DNA from: Candidatus Heimdallarchaeota archaeon
GTDB taxonomy: Archaea; Asgardarchaeota; Heimdallarchaeia; Hodarchaeales; Hodarchaeaceae
Length of the DNA: 64,000 nt
NCBI GenBank assembly: GCA_020353515.1
Contig: CP070695.1
Location: 569,622-633,621, forward strand
Reading direction: 5' to 3'
Shown: one piece after another, positions 28,881 through 38,646 of the stretch
How the letters are laid out: each line of letters opens with the position of its first letter
How positions within the stretch are numbered: the first letter of the stretch is position 1
Translations under genes and position numbers: made by a program
Notes under the pieces: generated by a model
The model's input: only the letters and a program-made list of their open reading frames with translations
Database searches by the model: none
What the model was told of the DNA's origin: nothing

Positions 28881-30089
28881 TCAGAGCCCCCTAAGTACTT
28901 CATCCGGTTCAGTAACAGCGTTCTTCCAAGCTGGGACTACCGTACTGATAACTAAAGGCAGAATACCAATTCCATAAGCTACTAGCAAACTATCAAAAGT
29001 GATTCTAACTGGCAAAATAAAAGGTGGGAATAATACAGACCATCCTAACATGAAATCTGATAGGATTGGGGCTCCTAAATAAAAATCATAGATAATTGCA
29101 GCAAAAATTCCTAAAGTTGAAGCAAAAAAACCAGTCAATGTAAATTCAATCATTCTAATTTCAAGTACATCGAATGTAGTAAAACCAAGAGTCTTTAATA
29201 GACCAATTTCTTTTCGTGCTTCGAAAGAAATCGCAGAAGAGATAGTAAAGGCAAATAATAGAGAACCTATTAACATTACAGTCCAAATAATGGTAAAGTA
29301 CCCTGCTCTTTCATTCGTTGTATGATGAATCAGATTTCTTAAAGTGAACTTATCGATAACTTTCACATCATCAATTGTATCACTAATTTTTTGAATTACC
29401 TCTGAAGAATCATCATTTAAGTTTGGATTAAGCCACACAGCTAAATCTGTAGAATAATTTTGATTTATATTGAAGAATTCTCGACTAAACTGGATATCTG
29501 TTAAGATCAAATCATGAGTATATATTTTTGAAGCAACAGAAAAAATCCCTATTACTTCCATCTCATATTCCTGATTATCAATGTCAGTCAATAATAAGAT
29601 TGACCCAACTTGAGCGTGAGAAGCTTCAGCTACACCAGAACCAATCACACACACAGGAATCGTCTCATTTTCTTCTAAAAATCGTCCAGAACGAATTTGG
29701 AATTCTAACTCTGGTGTATCAATAGGATATTTTCCTATTTCAATACCCATCATTGTGTAGAGGTTATTGGCGGCTGATAGATATCCCCATACCCTAGGTG
29801 ACACGAGATGAACTCCTTGAATTTCCTCGATCTCTTGAATCTTCAAATTTTTTACTGGAACTACTCTCCCAGCATTATATCCTTGTATTAAAACGTCAGG
29901 AGCAAATGTCAATGATGCATCAACGTCTTGATTAATTCCTTCTCGTATAAAATCAACAGCAGAGAGTATACCAACGATAATACTGATAGAAATTAAAATA
30001 CTGATAGTCCTCCCTCGATAAACCTGAATATTTCGAAGTGCATACCAACAGAGGTTAATCTGTTTTTTCAATCCCATTATTAAATTCAC
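28881..30089 (-). CDS. ABC permease, FtsX/LolC/MacB family
   Basis: One TM, a large extracellular loop, then three TMs; RKEIGLLKTLGF and PAWKNAVTEP. Confidence 0.92.
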   Translation of the reverse strand: MNLIMGLKKQINLCWYALRNIQVYRGRTISILISISIIVGILSAVDFIREGINQDVDASLTFAPDVLIQGYNAGRVVPVKNLKIQEIEEIQGVHLVSPRVWGYLSAANNLYTMMGIEIGKYPIDTPELEFQIRSGRFLEENETIPVCVIGSGVAEASHAQVGSILLLTDIDNQEYEMEVIGIFSVASKIYTHDLILTDIQFSREFFNINQNYSTDLAVWLNPNLNDDSSEVIQKISDTIDDVKVIDKFTLRNLIHHTTNERAGYFTIIWTVMLIGSLLFAFTISSAISFEARKEIGLLKTLGFTTFDVLEIRMIEFTLTGFFASTLGIFAAIIYDFYLGAPILSDFMLGWSVLFPPFILPVRITFDSLLVAYGIGILPLVISTVVPAWKNAVTEPDEVLRGL

Positions 30090-30525
30090 TCCTCTTCTGT
30101 TTCCAGTATTGTTTGAAGACCCAAAAAAGGCAAGATAATACCATGATTATAATAAATAGTGAAAAGACCATTTGTTGGATTTGAAGTACCGTCAAAGTTT
30201 TAGCTGAAGGATTTTGAACATCAACCCACTGTGGAATCCTCTGGCCATTAACCTTTCCTTGAGAAATTTCTGGAGCTGTGAGTAGGATTGGAGAAAAATA
30301 GAAAGAGTAACCTCCTGGAAGGTCTGAAAGAATAGAATAAAATACTTCTAAAGCTGGATTCCGAGTAGAGACCGAGTCATGAGTTATTGAGGGTGAGAAA
30401 CCCCCTAGAAAAGGTATAACACTTCCAACAAAATGATGTGAGAAAATAAAATCAGAAAGAAAGATGTGCATCAAAATGAAAACAAACATGCAACTTATTA
30501 GTGCCAAAAAGCCTTTTATCCTCAT
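30055..30525 (-). CDS. Hypothetical membrane protein (N- and C-terminal TM)
   Basis: Sits between the ECF-S and permease genes on the same strand; loop STRNPALEVFYSILSDLPGG. Confidence 0.65.
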   Translation of the reverse strand: MRIKGFLALISCMFVFILMHIFLSDFIFSHHFVGSVIPFLGGFSPSITHDSVSTRNPALEVFYSILSDLPGGYSFYFSPILLTAPEISQGKVNGQRIPQWVDVQNPSAKTLTVLQIQQMVFSLFIIIMVLSCLFWVFKQYWKQKRSEFNNGIEKTD

Positions 30526-30554
30526 AATTCCAACTACACTTAGACCTGTTGCTT

Positions 30555-31205
30555 TTACCTAGTCTTGATTTTGGAATCCCAGATTTTTAATCCTTCAATC
30601 ATCAAGATTTCGCCAATTCTGGCGATAACAGGTGCAAACAATAACAGTGAAATTAAGATTATCGAGAAATTTGGAGCAAAATTATAGAGAAGTGTTCCTT
30701 CTAGACTTTGTCCTGCAATTAGCATTAATCCAATTAGGTATAGGAACGTCATTGAAAGATAACCAATAAATGAAAATAAGATTAAGAGAGCGATTTTATT
30801 TCCGTCAGCAAATCCGTCTTCCTTCATATAGCGGGGAATACCTATAATAAAACCTAGTATTCCAAATGCGAAATTAACACTACCAAATGCTACAATTTGT
30901 TGAGTATAAAGGAAATCCGCACCTAAAGAACCAACAAAGCCTACAAGGAATCCTGCAAGTGGACCACAATAAGCTGCACTAATACTAATAACCACGAGCC
31001 CGAGATCAATTCCTCCTTTTACAGGGATAACTGTAATACCTAGATCTAGCCCAGTAAATGTATATTCAGGTAATTTGACTGAAGAGAAGACGAAGTAGGC
31101 TAAAATTCCAATCAAAGCCCCTCCAAACGTCCACTTTGATATTAATGTAGATTCTAATCGCAATAAATACAATAATTGTGTCTTTAAGTCTTTCTTTTCT
31201 TCCAT
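30555..31205 (-). CDS. ECF transporter S component
   Basis: IDLGLVVISISAAYCGPLAGFLVGFVGSLGAD signature; start MEEKK after a GAGGTG SD. Confidence 0.82.
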   Translation of the reverse strand: MEEKKDLKTQLLYLLRLESTLISKWTFGGALIGILAYFVFSSVKLPEYTFTGLDLGITVIPVKGGIDLGLVVISISAAYCGPLAGFLVGFVGSLGADFLYTQQIVAFGSVNFAFGILGFIIGIPRYMKEDGFADGNKIALLILFSFIGYLSMTFLYLIGLMLIAGQSLEGTLLYNFAPNFSIILISLLLFAPVIARIGEILMIEGLKIWDSKIKTR

Positions 31206-31216
31206 TTCGCCACACC

Positions 31217-32875
31217 TCAAATTATCACAAAGGAATAAGTTCCAGGTGGTAGTGTTAGAACCATCTGGTCGCCATTCTGCTCCCATTTAGCTTCTTCATA
31301 TGCCCCAGATTTAGTATAAACCCCCTGTACATCTGGAAATTGATAAAAAGTGAGTATGGTCTCCTTATTTGCTTCTACTGTTAAAATGAATGCGTCCTCT
31401 TCTTCATCAAAGTAAGCTTGGTAGATAAACAAGCCATCAAGAGTGGACTCTTTAGAAATAAATGGAGTAGTTGTATAAAAAGAATCATCTCTTGGATCCA
31501 TTAAATTTGTCAATGTGGAATCTGCATGACACCACGCATATGCAAAATTTAAGATTGGATTCATAAACGGCCCAATATCACCCAAAGCACCTGTATCAAA
31601 TCCATACTTATATCCATCCCATTCACCTGGGAATGGGCCATAAAACCAATTTTCTAATTTTCTGAACAACTCTAAATCATTCATCTCACGAGAACAGAAA
31701 TAGGAAAATAGATTTCCAATTAAATCAAACACAGTAAATGAGTTAGGGCGATGATACGAATGGGGTGCATAAGCTTGATCATTAGGAGAATAATGCACAA
31801 ATTGTTTCTTCCAATTTCGATAATAGGTGTCTGCAATCTCTGTTTTACCAAATCCGTTATAAAATGCAATTGCCCAAGAGGAGCCATAGTTTGCTACCCC
31901 TGGAATATTTTCAGATTCAAGCCCTGGTTCTAATGCTGGCCCTGGAATTTCTCCTAAGACTTCGAACTGGTGTTGTTCTGTGTACGGTTCTGCAATATAG
32001 TATCCATCAATCTGAATACCATTTGCATCAGTCATATGTTCTCTCCACCAATCAATTCCTGGTTCAATTGATTGCCTGTAATTAGTCCCATGAAGCTTGT
32101 CATATAAGGTCATTGCATAGAATGGAATACTGTTGCATTGAACAAAGACTATATATGGTTCGCATGAAATCAATCCTGTTCCCCACAATCCAAGAGGACG
32201 GCCTGATCCGTCTACTGAAGTTTTATTATCCCAAGTTGTAGTAGCGGTAAGAGAATTGTTCCAATCATCCATAAACCACTTAATTTCAGCATTATAAGAA
32301 GATTCACGGAAAATATTGTAGTAAAGAAGCTCCATCAGAGCATAATGACCAGTCCACATAATATTCGTAGGCCCTCGAAAGTCGTTACCTAAGGCCTCAT
32401 AACGATCATCAGCAAATCCTGGCAAAATCCACTCAAAATCCTCCATAGCAGATGAATTCATCATAAGGATGAGCTTTTGAAATAATTTCTTGTAATAATC
32501 CGTCCTGTAACTAGGAGTACTATCCACAATTTGGGCCATTCCATATGTTGTAAAGGCAATAAAATATTGAGTAAGAATATTTGGTAGAATACTCAAATCA
32601 TTAATACTTTCATTGGAAAAATCATCGACAGCATACATTTCTCGTAAGCTGTTCCATAGACCGATAACTCGACGGTCTATAACGGGATAATCACTAAGGT
32701 TAAATGTTCTTTCATCTGGAACAGTAATCTTATTTAATTTGGGAGTAGATGGCTCAACTGGGCTTAATAAAAGTACAGAACTAGAGAGAATAAGCACAAT
32801 TATGAACAAAGTAACGAAAATTTTTGATTGAAGAAGATAATTAACGGCTTTAGAACTCATAATTTCACCTTTCAA
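31217..32875 (-). CDS. Linalool dehydratase/isomerase (LinD/Lis) family protein with N-terminal signal/TM
   Basis: YFIAFTTYGMA, NIMWTGHYALM, CEPYIVFVQCNS, LYDKLHGTNY, YGSSWAIAF and SREMNDLELF match LinD motifs. Confidence 0.85.
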   Translation of the reverse strand: MKGEIMSSKAVNYLLQSKIFVTLFIIVLILSSSVLLLSPVEPSTPKLNKITVPDERTFNLSDYPVIDRRVIGLWNSLREMYAVDDFSNESINDLSILPNILTQYFIAFTTYGMAQIVDSTPSYRTDYYKKLFQKLILMMNSSAMEDFEWILPGFADDRYEALGNDFRGPTNIMWTGHYALMELLYYNIFRESSYNAEIKWFMDDWNNSLTATTTWDNKTSVDGSGRPLGLWGTGLISCEPYIVFVQCNSIPFYAMTLYDKLHGTNYRQSIEPGIDWWREHMTDANGIQIDGYYIAEPYTEQHQFEVLGEIPGPALEPGLESENIPGVANYGSSWAIAFYNGFGKTEIADTYYRNWKKQFVHYSPNDQAYAPHSYHRPNSFTVFDLIGNLFSYFCSREMNDLELFRKLENWFYGPFPGEWDGYKYGFDTGALGDIGPFMNPILNFAYAWCHADSTLTNLMDPRDDSFYTTTPFISKESTLDGLFIYQAYFDEEEDAFILTVEANKETILTFYQFPDVQGVYTKSGAYEEAKWEQNGDQMVLTLPPGTYSFVII

Positions 32876-33084
32876 CTATAATTATTCACATTTTGGGAAA
32901 AGGAAGAGAATTAGATATGAGATGAGAGAAATTTGATTATCATTTTAGACTGGTTTTGTTTTTTAAATATTGTTAGCAACGAATACATCTTACTTTACTT
33001 CTTAACTATATTGTCAGACACTAATGGATTTATCCTCAAAGCGATAAAATTTTAATATATATTTTTTTGATTCGCTTTATCTTT

Positions 33085-33098
33085 TTCACGATCGTGAA
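33085..33098. promoter_or_regulatory. Perfect 14-bp palindrome, candidate operator
   Basis: TTCACGATCGTGAA, about 57 bp upstream of the Fe-S gene in the divergent promoter region shared with the LinD-like gene. Confidence 0.45.
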
Positions 33099-33155
33099 CC
33101 AAGACATAATAAACTTAGACAATTTAATGTTATAAAAACAATGTAGGTAAGAATA

Positions 33156-34232
33156 ATGACAGAACAAGATGTATTCAATCGCCTCCGAGAGCACCTTCAT
33201 AATCTACCAGTGGGTTTTCCCGAGACAGAATCAGGAGTTGAGATACGAATCCTTAAACGACTTTTCACAGAAGAAGAAGCAGAAATGGCTATTCAACTTT
33301 CACCATATGCGGCAACCGCAGAAGAAATTGCAGAGAGGATCAGACAAGACCCAGAAGATGTAAAGTCCCTCTTGGATCAGATGAGTACGAAAGGATTAAT
33401 TTTTAACTCCCGAAAGGGGGGAATCTCGACTTATCGAGCAGCATGGTTCATTGTTGGAATATTTGAGTATCAGGTTAATCGTTTGACTAAAGAATTTGCT
33501 GAGGACTTTGATCAGTACTTGGATGATGGATTACGGGATGAACTTCTTTCTTATGACACACACCAGCTTCGAGTAGTGCCTGTCAACCAAGCGATTGACG
33601 CAGTTAAACGAGTGGCTTCTTATGATGACGCACGTGAGTTAATTAGACAACAAAGTAAAATTTCAATACAAAATTGCATTTGTAGACAGAAAAAAGATCT
33701 ACAAGGGGCCCCATGTTCCCGGCACGAGGAGAGGGAAGTCTGTCTAGCTTTCTCAAGTGGTGCCTATTACTTCCTAGAGCATGGCTTGGGTCGAGAAATT
33801 TCCCAGGAAGAAGCACTAGAGCGTTTAGATTTTGCAGAGCAAAAAGGCCTTGTTATGAGCCCTGGTAACGCCCAAAAAACGTTTGTCATGTGCCTCTGTT
33901 GTGGTGACTGCTGTGAATATTTAGGAGTTCTGAAAACATACTCTAAACCCAGTTCATTAGTGAATAGTAATTACTACGCGCAAGTGGATATCGACTTGTG
34001 CTCAGGATGTGAAACCTGCGTAGACCGCTGTCAGATGGAGGCAATCACTATTGTAGATGATATTTCTACGATTAATCTCGATCGGTGTATCGGTTGTGGA
34101 CTCTGTGTTACTAGCTGTCCAGAGGAAGCAATGTCACTTGAAGTCAAGACTGAACATGTAGTTCCTCCAGCGGATATTGGTGACCTTTATATGAAAATTG
34201 GCAAAGAAAGACTCCAGAAGCATTCCTCATAA
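33156..34232 (+). CDS. 4Fe-4S dicluster protein with N-terminal wHTH-like region
   Basis: GFPETESGVEIRILKRLF, CICR and CLCCGDCC motifs; two CxxCxxCxxxC ferredoxin motifs. Confidence 0.9.
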   Translation: MTEQDVFNRLREHLHNLPVGFPETESGVEIRILKRLFTEEEAEMAIQLSPYAATAEEIAERIRQDPEDVKSLLDQMSTKGLIFNSRKGGISTYRAAWFIVGIFEYQVNRLTKEFAEDFDQYLDDGLRDELLSYDTHQLRVVPVNQAIDAVKRVASYDDARELIRQQSKISIQNCICRQKKDLQGAPCSRHEEREVCLAFSSGAYYFLEHGLGREISQEEALERLDFAEQKGLVMSPGNAQKTFVMCLCCGDCCEYLGVLKTYSKPSSLVNSNYYAQVDIDLCSGCETCVDRCQMEAITIVDDISTINLDRCIGCGLCVTSCPEEAMSLEVKTEHVVPPADIGDLYMKIGKERLQKHSS

Positions 34233-34236
34233 TTAT

Positions 34237-34350
34237 ATGAAAGCAAAAGGAGCAAGTGAGCGCGCAGATCTTCATTCAAATGTCAAGAAATTCTACATGA
34301 AAATCGGTACAAAGAGAATGCAACAACTCTCTTTATTGTTATTAATTTAA
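34237..34350 (+). pseudogene. Degenerate duplicate of the 3' end of the upstream Fe-S gene
   Basis: Translates to ..FYMKIGTKRMQQ versus LYMKIGKERLQK at the end of 33156..34232. Confidence 0.45.
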
Positions 34351-34377
34351 GTACTGTTAGTAACTAGAGGGGGATAC

Positions 34378-35256
34378 TTAAAGGCTGTACTCAAATTCTT
34401 CTTTTATTTGTTTTTCTTTTTTTGACTCAATTGTTCTCAGAATGATAATTAGGACTATAAAAACTAAAATAATAAACAAATCATTAGTTCCAGAGTATAC
34501 GTAAGTATAAGTAATGAATGTTGATCCATGTGCGAGCATGGCACTTAATAAATTTCTTTCTGATAGATTATATAAAGAATCAATAGTGAAAGAATGCACT
34601 AGCATCAAAAAGTATGAATAGAGAGTTAGCTCTATGCCCCACGCTATGTTTATTGGTTGATGCCATAACCACCAGAATGAACCAATAATTAAACTGCCAA
34701 TATGCCTCCCAAATTTCATCTGCAACTCTTCAATAGCAAATCCTCTCCAACCAGGTTCTTCAAACAGGGGACTAGTAAGTAAAAAAGGAAAAAATGTTAC
34801 GGGGATAATCAAGATCAACCAAAAACCAAGTAGTTCCCACTTATCAGGTTGAAGAATGTGTAAATTGGATTTAAATCCAAAAAAATAGTTAACTATATTT
34901 CCAAGAATTGTGAATGAAGGAATAGCAAGAGAAGCAATAATTAACCAGCTTATCTCTTTTTTGTTTATAGTTATCTGGATCTTGTCTAAAATCTTCGTTA
35001 AACTTACTTCTCCTCCTGATGCCTTACCAAGAATAAAGAGGGCTACTAATGGACCAATAGTCCCTAAGCTTTGTCCAATAAAAAGTAGGATCTGGATATT
35101 TGTTCCTCCATAACTTATAAGAGCTAGAGGTAACCAAAAGGCCCAAGTATACAATAATGTGAGAATAAAAAATAATGGTAATCGATTTTTAACCACAAAC
35201 ACTTTGAATTTACTGTCTTTATTCGTCTTCTTTCTATCTAATGTCATTAAATCCAC
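34378..35256 (-). CDS. CPBP (Abi/CAAX) intramembrane metalloprotease
   Basis: EEPGWRG, WWLWH and AMLAHG motifs. Confidence 0.9.
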   Translation of the reverse strand: MDLMTLDRKKTNKDSKFKVFVVKNRLPLFFILTLLYTWAFWLPLALISYGGTNIQILLFIGQSLGTIGPLVALFILGKASGGEVSLTKILDKIQITINKKEISWLIIASLAIPSFTILGNIVNYFFGFKSNLHILQPDKWELLGFWLILIIPVTFFPFLLTSPLFEEPGWRGFAIEELQMKFGRHIGSLIIGSFWWLWHQPINIAWGIELTLYSYFLMLVHSFTIDSLYNLSERNLLSAMLAHGSTFITYTYVYSGTNDLFIILVFIVLIIILRTIESKKEKQIKEEFEYSL

Positions 35257-35286
35257 ATTCTTTATGAAAAGAAAGAAAGGGGAGAG

Positions 35287-36360
35287 TTAGATCAATGATT
35301 TTCTATCACTTGGCTGCCAAGCACCAAATTTGAAGATATCATAGAGAGCTGAGATCCCTGAAATAATTCCAGAAATCCCGATAATCAACCGAAGGAAAAG
35401 ATCAGATCTACCCACTAGAAATAAAAGATCGGAATTAGTCATCACTTCAGGTATATTCTGAGCCAGAATTGCCAACTCAAGAGTGAAAGGATAATACCAG
35501 ATTAATATTACAGCACAAATAAATCCAATAATATTTCTCCCAGCAGAAGCCAATCTTGTTACACGAATTCTACCAAATACTACTAGAAATATGCAGTATG
35601 CTAAACCAGCTAGCAATGCACCATATGTAGCTAAAGCACCAATAGGATACCAATTTTCGTTAAATAATGGTAAATTAAAAAAGGGCATTTGTTCTAATAG
35701 AAAAATAAATGCAATAACAAAGGTTATGAAAACCCCACCAAGAAAGCCTCCTAAATGCTCACCAAAAGCACTCCAAAATCCGACCTCTTTTGTGACTGGT
35801 TTTTCCCGAATAAAAGATACTGAGGAAGCTTCCATTGCCTTTTGAGATGATTTGGGTTTTTGAAACATCTCACGAAAACGATCCAATTGTTCCTGGAATA
35901 ATCTTTCATCACTAAGGTATAATCCAAATGTGAACATACCAATAGCTAATATTCCTATTATAACTGCTAAAATGGACACTGCTATATCATTAGAAATCAT
36001 TTGTATAGCCAAAGCCATAATAATAACGGCTGCAAATCCAACAATTGCTAATACTAGGAATTGTTCGTTTTTAACTTTAGTTTCAGGTACTTTTATAGGA
36101 GATTTCCAATCTGTTGCAAAATCACTTGGTTCTTCTTCGAGAAATTTGTCTGCTAAAGTCTTGGGGTTTTCCATCATAAGTAATGCTTGGTGAAATGCTG
36201 CTTGAATGGTAAGCCCCGAATTCTCCTCGGATAAGCGATTGGCTTGATCCCAGATATGAGCTCGTAGCTCTTTTATGATCTGATCTTTATCAGATAAAGG
36301 TTCTAAATACATTCTTACTTGATCTAAATACTCGTCAACAGTTTCATATTGTTTATTCAT
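35287..36360 (-). CDS. HAAS-domain (DUF1700-like) membrane protein, PadR-associated
   Basis: EYLDQVRMYL..IIKELRAHIWD..ENPKTLADKF followed by TM segments; directly after padR. Confidence 0.75.
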   Translation of the reverse strand: MNKQYETVDEYLDQVRMYLEPLSDKDQIIKELRAHIWDQANRLSEENSGLTIQAAFHQALLMMENPKTLADKFLEEEPSDFATDWKSPIKVPETKVKNEQFLVLAIVGFAAVIIMALAIQMISNDIAVSILAVIIGILAIGMFTFGLYLSDERLFQEQLDRFREMFQKPKSSQKAMEASSVSFIREKPVTKEVGFWSAFGEHLGGFLGGVFITFVIAFIFLLEQMPFFNLPLFNENWYPIGALATYGALLAGLAYCIFLVVFGRIRVTRLASAGRNIIGFICAVILIWYYPFTLELAILAQNIPEVMTNSDLLFLVGRSDLFLRLIIGISGIISGISALYDIFKFGAWQPSDRKSLI

Positions 36361-36363
36361 AGT

Positions 36364-36744
36364 TTATTCATCCAAATTAGTTTCAACTAAACGTTGTAAA
36401 ATTCCATAATAATGAATCCAGTTTTGCCACAGGGCATTATAGGCTCTTTCACCTTTAGGGGTTAAACGGTAGTATTTTCTTGCAGGTCCAGCAGGAGATA
36501 CTTGAAGTTCGGACATAACTAATTGATCTTTCTCCAAGCGTCTAAGAATCGCATAAAATGTGGCTTTTGTTCCGTCTAACTCCCCTTCAGTGAACGAAAA
36601 GAGCTCTTCGCCAATGGCATATCCATAAATTCCCGTAGATTGATGCCTCTTAATAATTGCAAGTAAAGCTAAACGAAGAGTACTGCCTGAAAGTTGGTTA
36701 ATTTCTTTGGCAACCCATTTCGTTATATCATCAGTTCGGGACAC
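36364..36744 (-). CDS. padR: PadR-family transcriptional regulator
   Basis: YGYAI, ATFYAILRRLEKD and GPARKYYRLTPKG motifs. Confidence 0.93.
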   Translation of the reverse strand: MSRTDDITKWVAKEINQLSGSTLRLALLAIIKRHQSTGIYGYAIGEELFSFTEGELDGTKATFYAILRRLEKDQLVMSELQVSPAGPARKYYRLTPKGERAYNALWQNWIHYYGILQRLVETNLDE

Positions 36745-36760
36745 GATTGTTCAACTTCTC

Positions 36761-37549
36761 CTAAATATCTTGCTTCTGCATATTTATTATTGCCAATATT
36801 ACAAAGACAATCACATAAAATGAAGTGATAAATATTGGTAGTAGAGAGAAAGGTTGGACCCCTAGTATGAAAGAGACCACAATACTTGGAGTACCATCAC
36901 TTAATGGATTAGTAAGTCCCCATGGGACAATGTCAATCAAAGAATTAGTAAAATTAAATAAAATCTGTTGTAATACATAGAAAGCAATTGGTACACCGAT
37001 AACAAGAGAAGTATTTTGTTGAAAGGATCCCATCATCAAAGTGAATGTTAAGAAAAATAACATATTTAACGACAAAACCACAAAAACTGGGAGAAACATT
37101 TCTAAATTTAGGACTTCACCTGTAAAGAAAAAATATAGGACGTAAAAGATGAGAGTCGGCGCAAAGATCATCGATATGGCGGCTCCAATTGAATTTCCAA
37201 TCCATTTGGCAAAAATATAGGATTTTCTCGTAATGGGTTTAGAGAGAATCCAAGATGCGGTTCCAGATTTAATTTCTCCAACAATGGACTCTTGCATTAT
37301 AATGGTTATCCCAATTGAGGAAGTTAAACCAGCGAAAATACCGAAAACAAAGATAGGTTCTGTTTCTGCCATGGGTGCTTGTAACCAGATTAAAATGGCC
37401 ATACCGTTCGTAAAACCACACCAAAGAAGTAACCGAACAAGAAATACCTTTTTCTTAAACCACCTAGATAGTTCAGCACGAAACAAATTATTAAATCCCT
37501 GATTCCATCTAGGAAGAGTTATTTGATTCAAATTTTCATTTTTTAACAT
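36761..37549 (-). CDS. ABC-2 type exporter permease
   Basis: IVGEIKSGTASWILSKPITR motif; about 6 TM segments. Confidence 0.9.
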   Translation of the reverse strand: MLKNENLNQITLPRWNQGFNNLFRAELSRWFKKKVFLVRLLLWCGFTNGMAILIWLQAPMAETEPIFVFGIFAGLTSSIGITIIMQESIVGEIKSGTASWILSKPITRKSYIFAKWIGNSIGAAISMIFAPTLIFYVLYFFFTGEVLNLEMFLPVFVVLSLNMLFFLTFTLMMGSFQQNTSLVIGVPIAFYVLQQILFNFTNSLIDIVPWGLTNPLSDGTPSIVVSFILGVQPFSLLPIFITSFYVIVFVILAIINMQKQDI

Positions 37550-37554
37550 TTTTT

Positions 37555-38520
37555 TTATCCCTCAATCAATTTCATGAAAACATCTTCTAACTCGTATTCT
37601 TGACGTTGAAACTCACAAATTATTAGATTTAGATTCATCAATTCACGAATAAGATTTTTTTGAGCATATTCATCATCTGATACAGTGATCTTTAATTGAT
37701 AATCACTATTGCCAGTTAATTGCGTGACATTCACGTTAGAAATCCATTTCTGTAAGATTAATTGTCTCATTACCTTTGAAATATCTCCTTGGACTTTGAC
37801 ATTGAATATTGACTCGTCTTCTTTATTTTTCAAAATATCCTCAATGGGCCCATGAGCGATAAGCTGCCCTTTATTTAGAATAGCTACTGTATCACTCACT
37901 TTTTGCACATCATCTAAGATATGTGTAGAATAGAAGATTGTAGTATAGTCACGAAGTTTAGACATGATGTTTAAGACATCTTGACGGCCGATGGGATCCA
38001 GAGAAGCTGCAGGTTCGTCTAAAATCAGCAGATCAGGATAATTAATTGTAGCTTGTGCAATACCTAATCGTCGCTTCTCACCAGTAGAATAACCCTTAAT
38101 AGGCCGATCAGCTTTATCTAAAAGAGAAACTAGTTCAAGCATTTCTGACACACGATTATTTAGCTCTTTTTTAGAGCTAGAAAAAAAGAATCGAGCAGTG
38201 AATTCTAAAACTTCTCTCGCAGATAAATGATCATAAAAAGCAGGTTCTTGAGGTAAGTAACCTATGCGAGCGCGAATCTTCATGCTTTCATCTTTAATAT
38301 CGTACCCAAAAATTCTACCAGTCCCAGCAGTAGGTTGAATTAATCCTATTAACAATTTAATGGTAGTTGACTTTCCAGCTCCATTTGGGCCAAGAAAACC
38401 AAAAATAGAGTGTTTATTGACCGTTAAGTTCAAATTTTTCAGTGCTGAAACCCCATTGTATGTTTTAGTAAGGTTAAAGGTTTTGATTATTTCTGTTTGA
38501 TACTTCATTGATGTTTCCAC
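37555..38520 (-). CDS. ABC-2 type exporter ATP-binding protein
   Basis: GPNGAGKST, YSTGE, LDEP and STH motifs. Confidence 0.95.
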   Translation of the reverse strand: METSMKYQTEIIKTFNLTKTYNGVSALKNLNLTVNKHSIFGFLGPNGAGKSTTIKLLIGLIQPTAGTGRIFGYDIKDESMKIRARIGYLPQEPAFYDHLSAREVLEFTARFFFSSSKKELNNRVSEMLELVSLLDKADRPIKGYSTGEKRRLGIAQATINYPDLLILDEPAASLDPIGRQDVLNIMSKLRDYTTIFYSTHILDDVQKVSDTVAILNKGQLIAHGPIEDILKNKEDESIFNVKVQGDISKVMRQLILQKWISNVNVTQLTGNSDYQLKITVSDDEYAQKNLIRELMNLNLIICEFQRQEYELEDVFMKLIEG

Positions 38521-38522
38521 AC

Positions 38523-38576
38523 TATTATCAATCTGATAATATTATGAGAGGTACTATTTAAAAATATTTCAATAGT
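38523..38576. promoter_or_regulatory. Inverted repeats upstream of the ABC/PadR operon (candidate PadR operators)
   Basis: TATTATCA-ATC-TGATAATA (38523-38541) and ACTATT-N12-AATAGT (38553-38576). Confidence 0.45.
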
Positions 38577-38646
38577 GGTATTTTGAAAAGAACAAACTTT
38601 CCTTCCCCATGTGGTTAGTAACTCTAAAATTGAAATTTAATATAAT

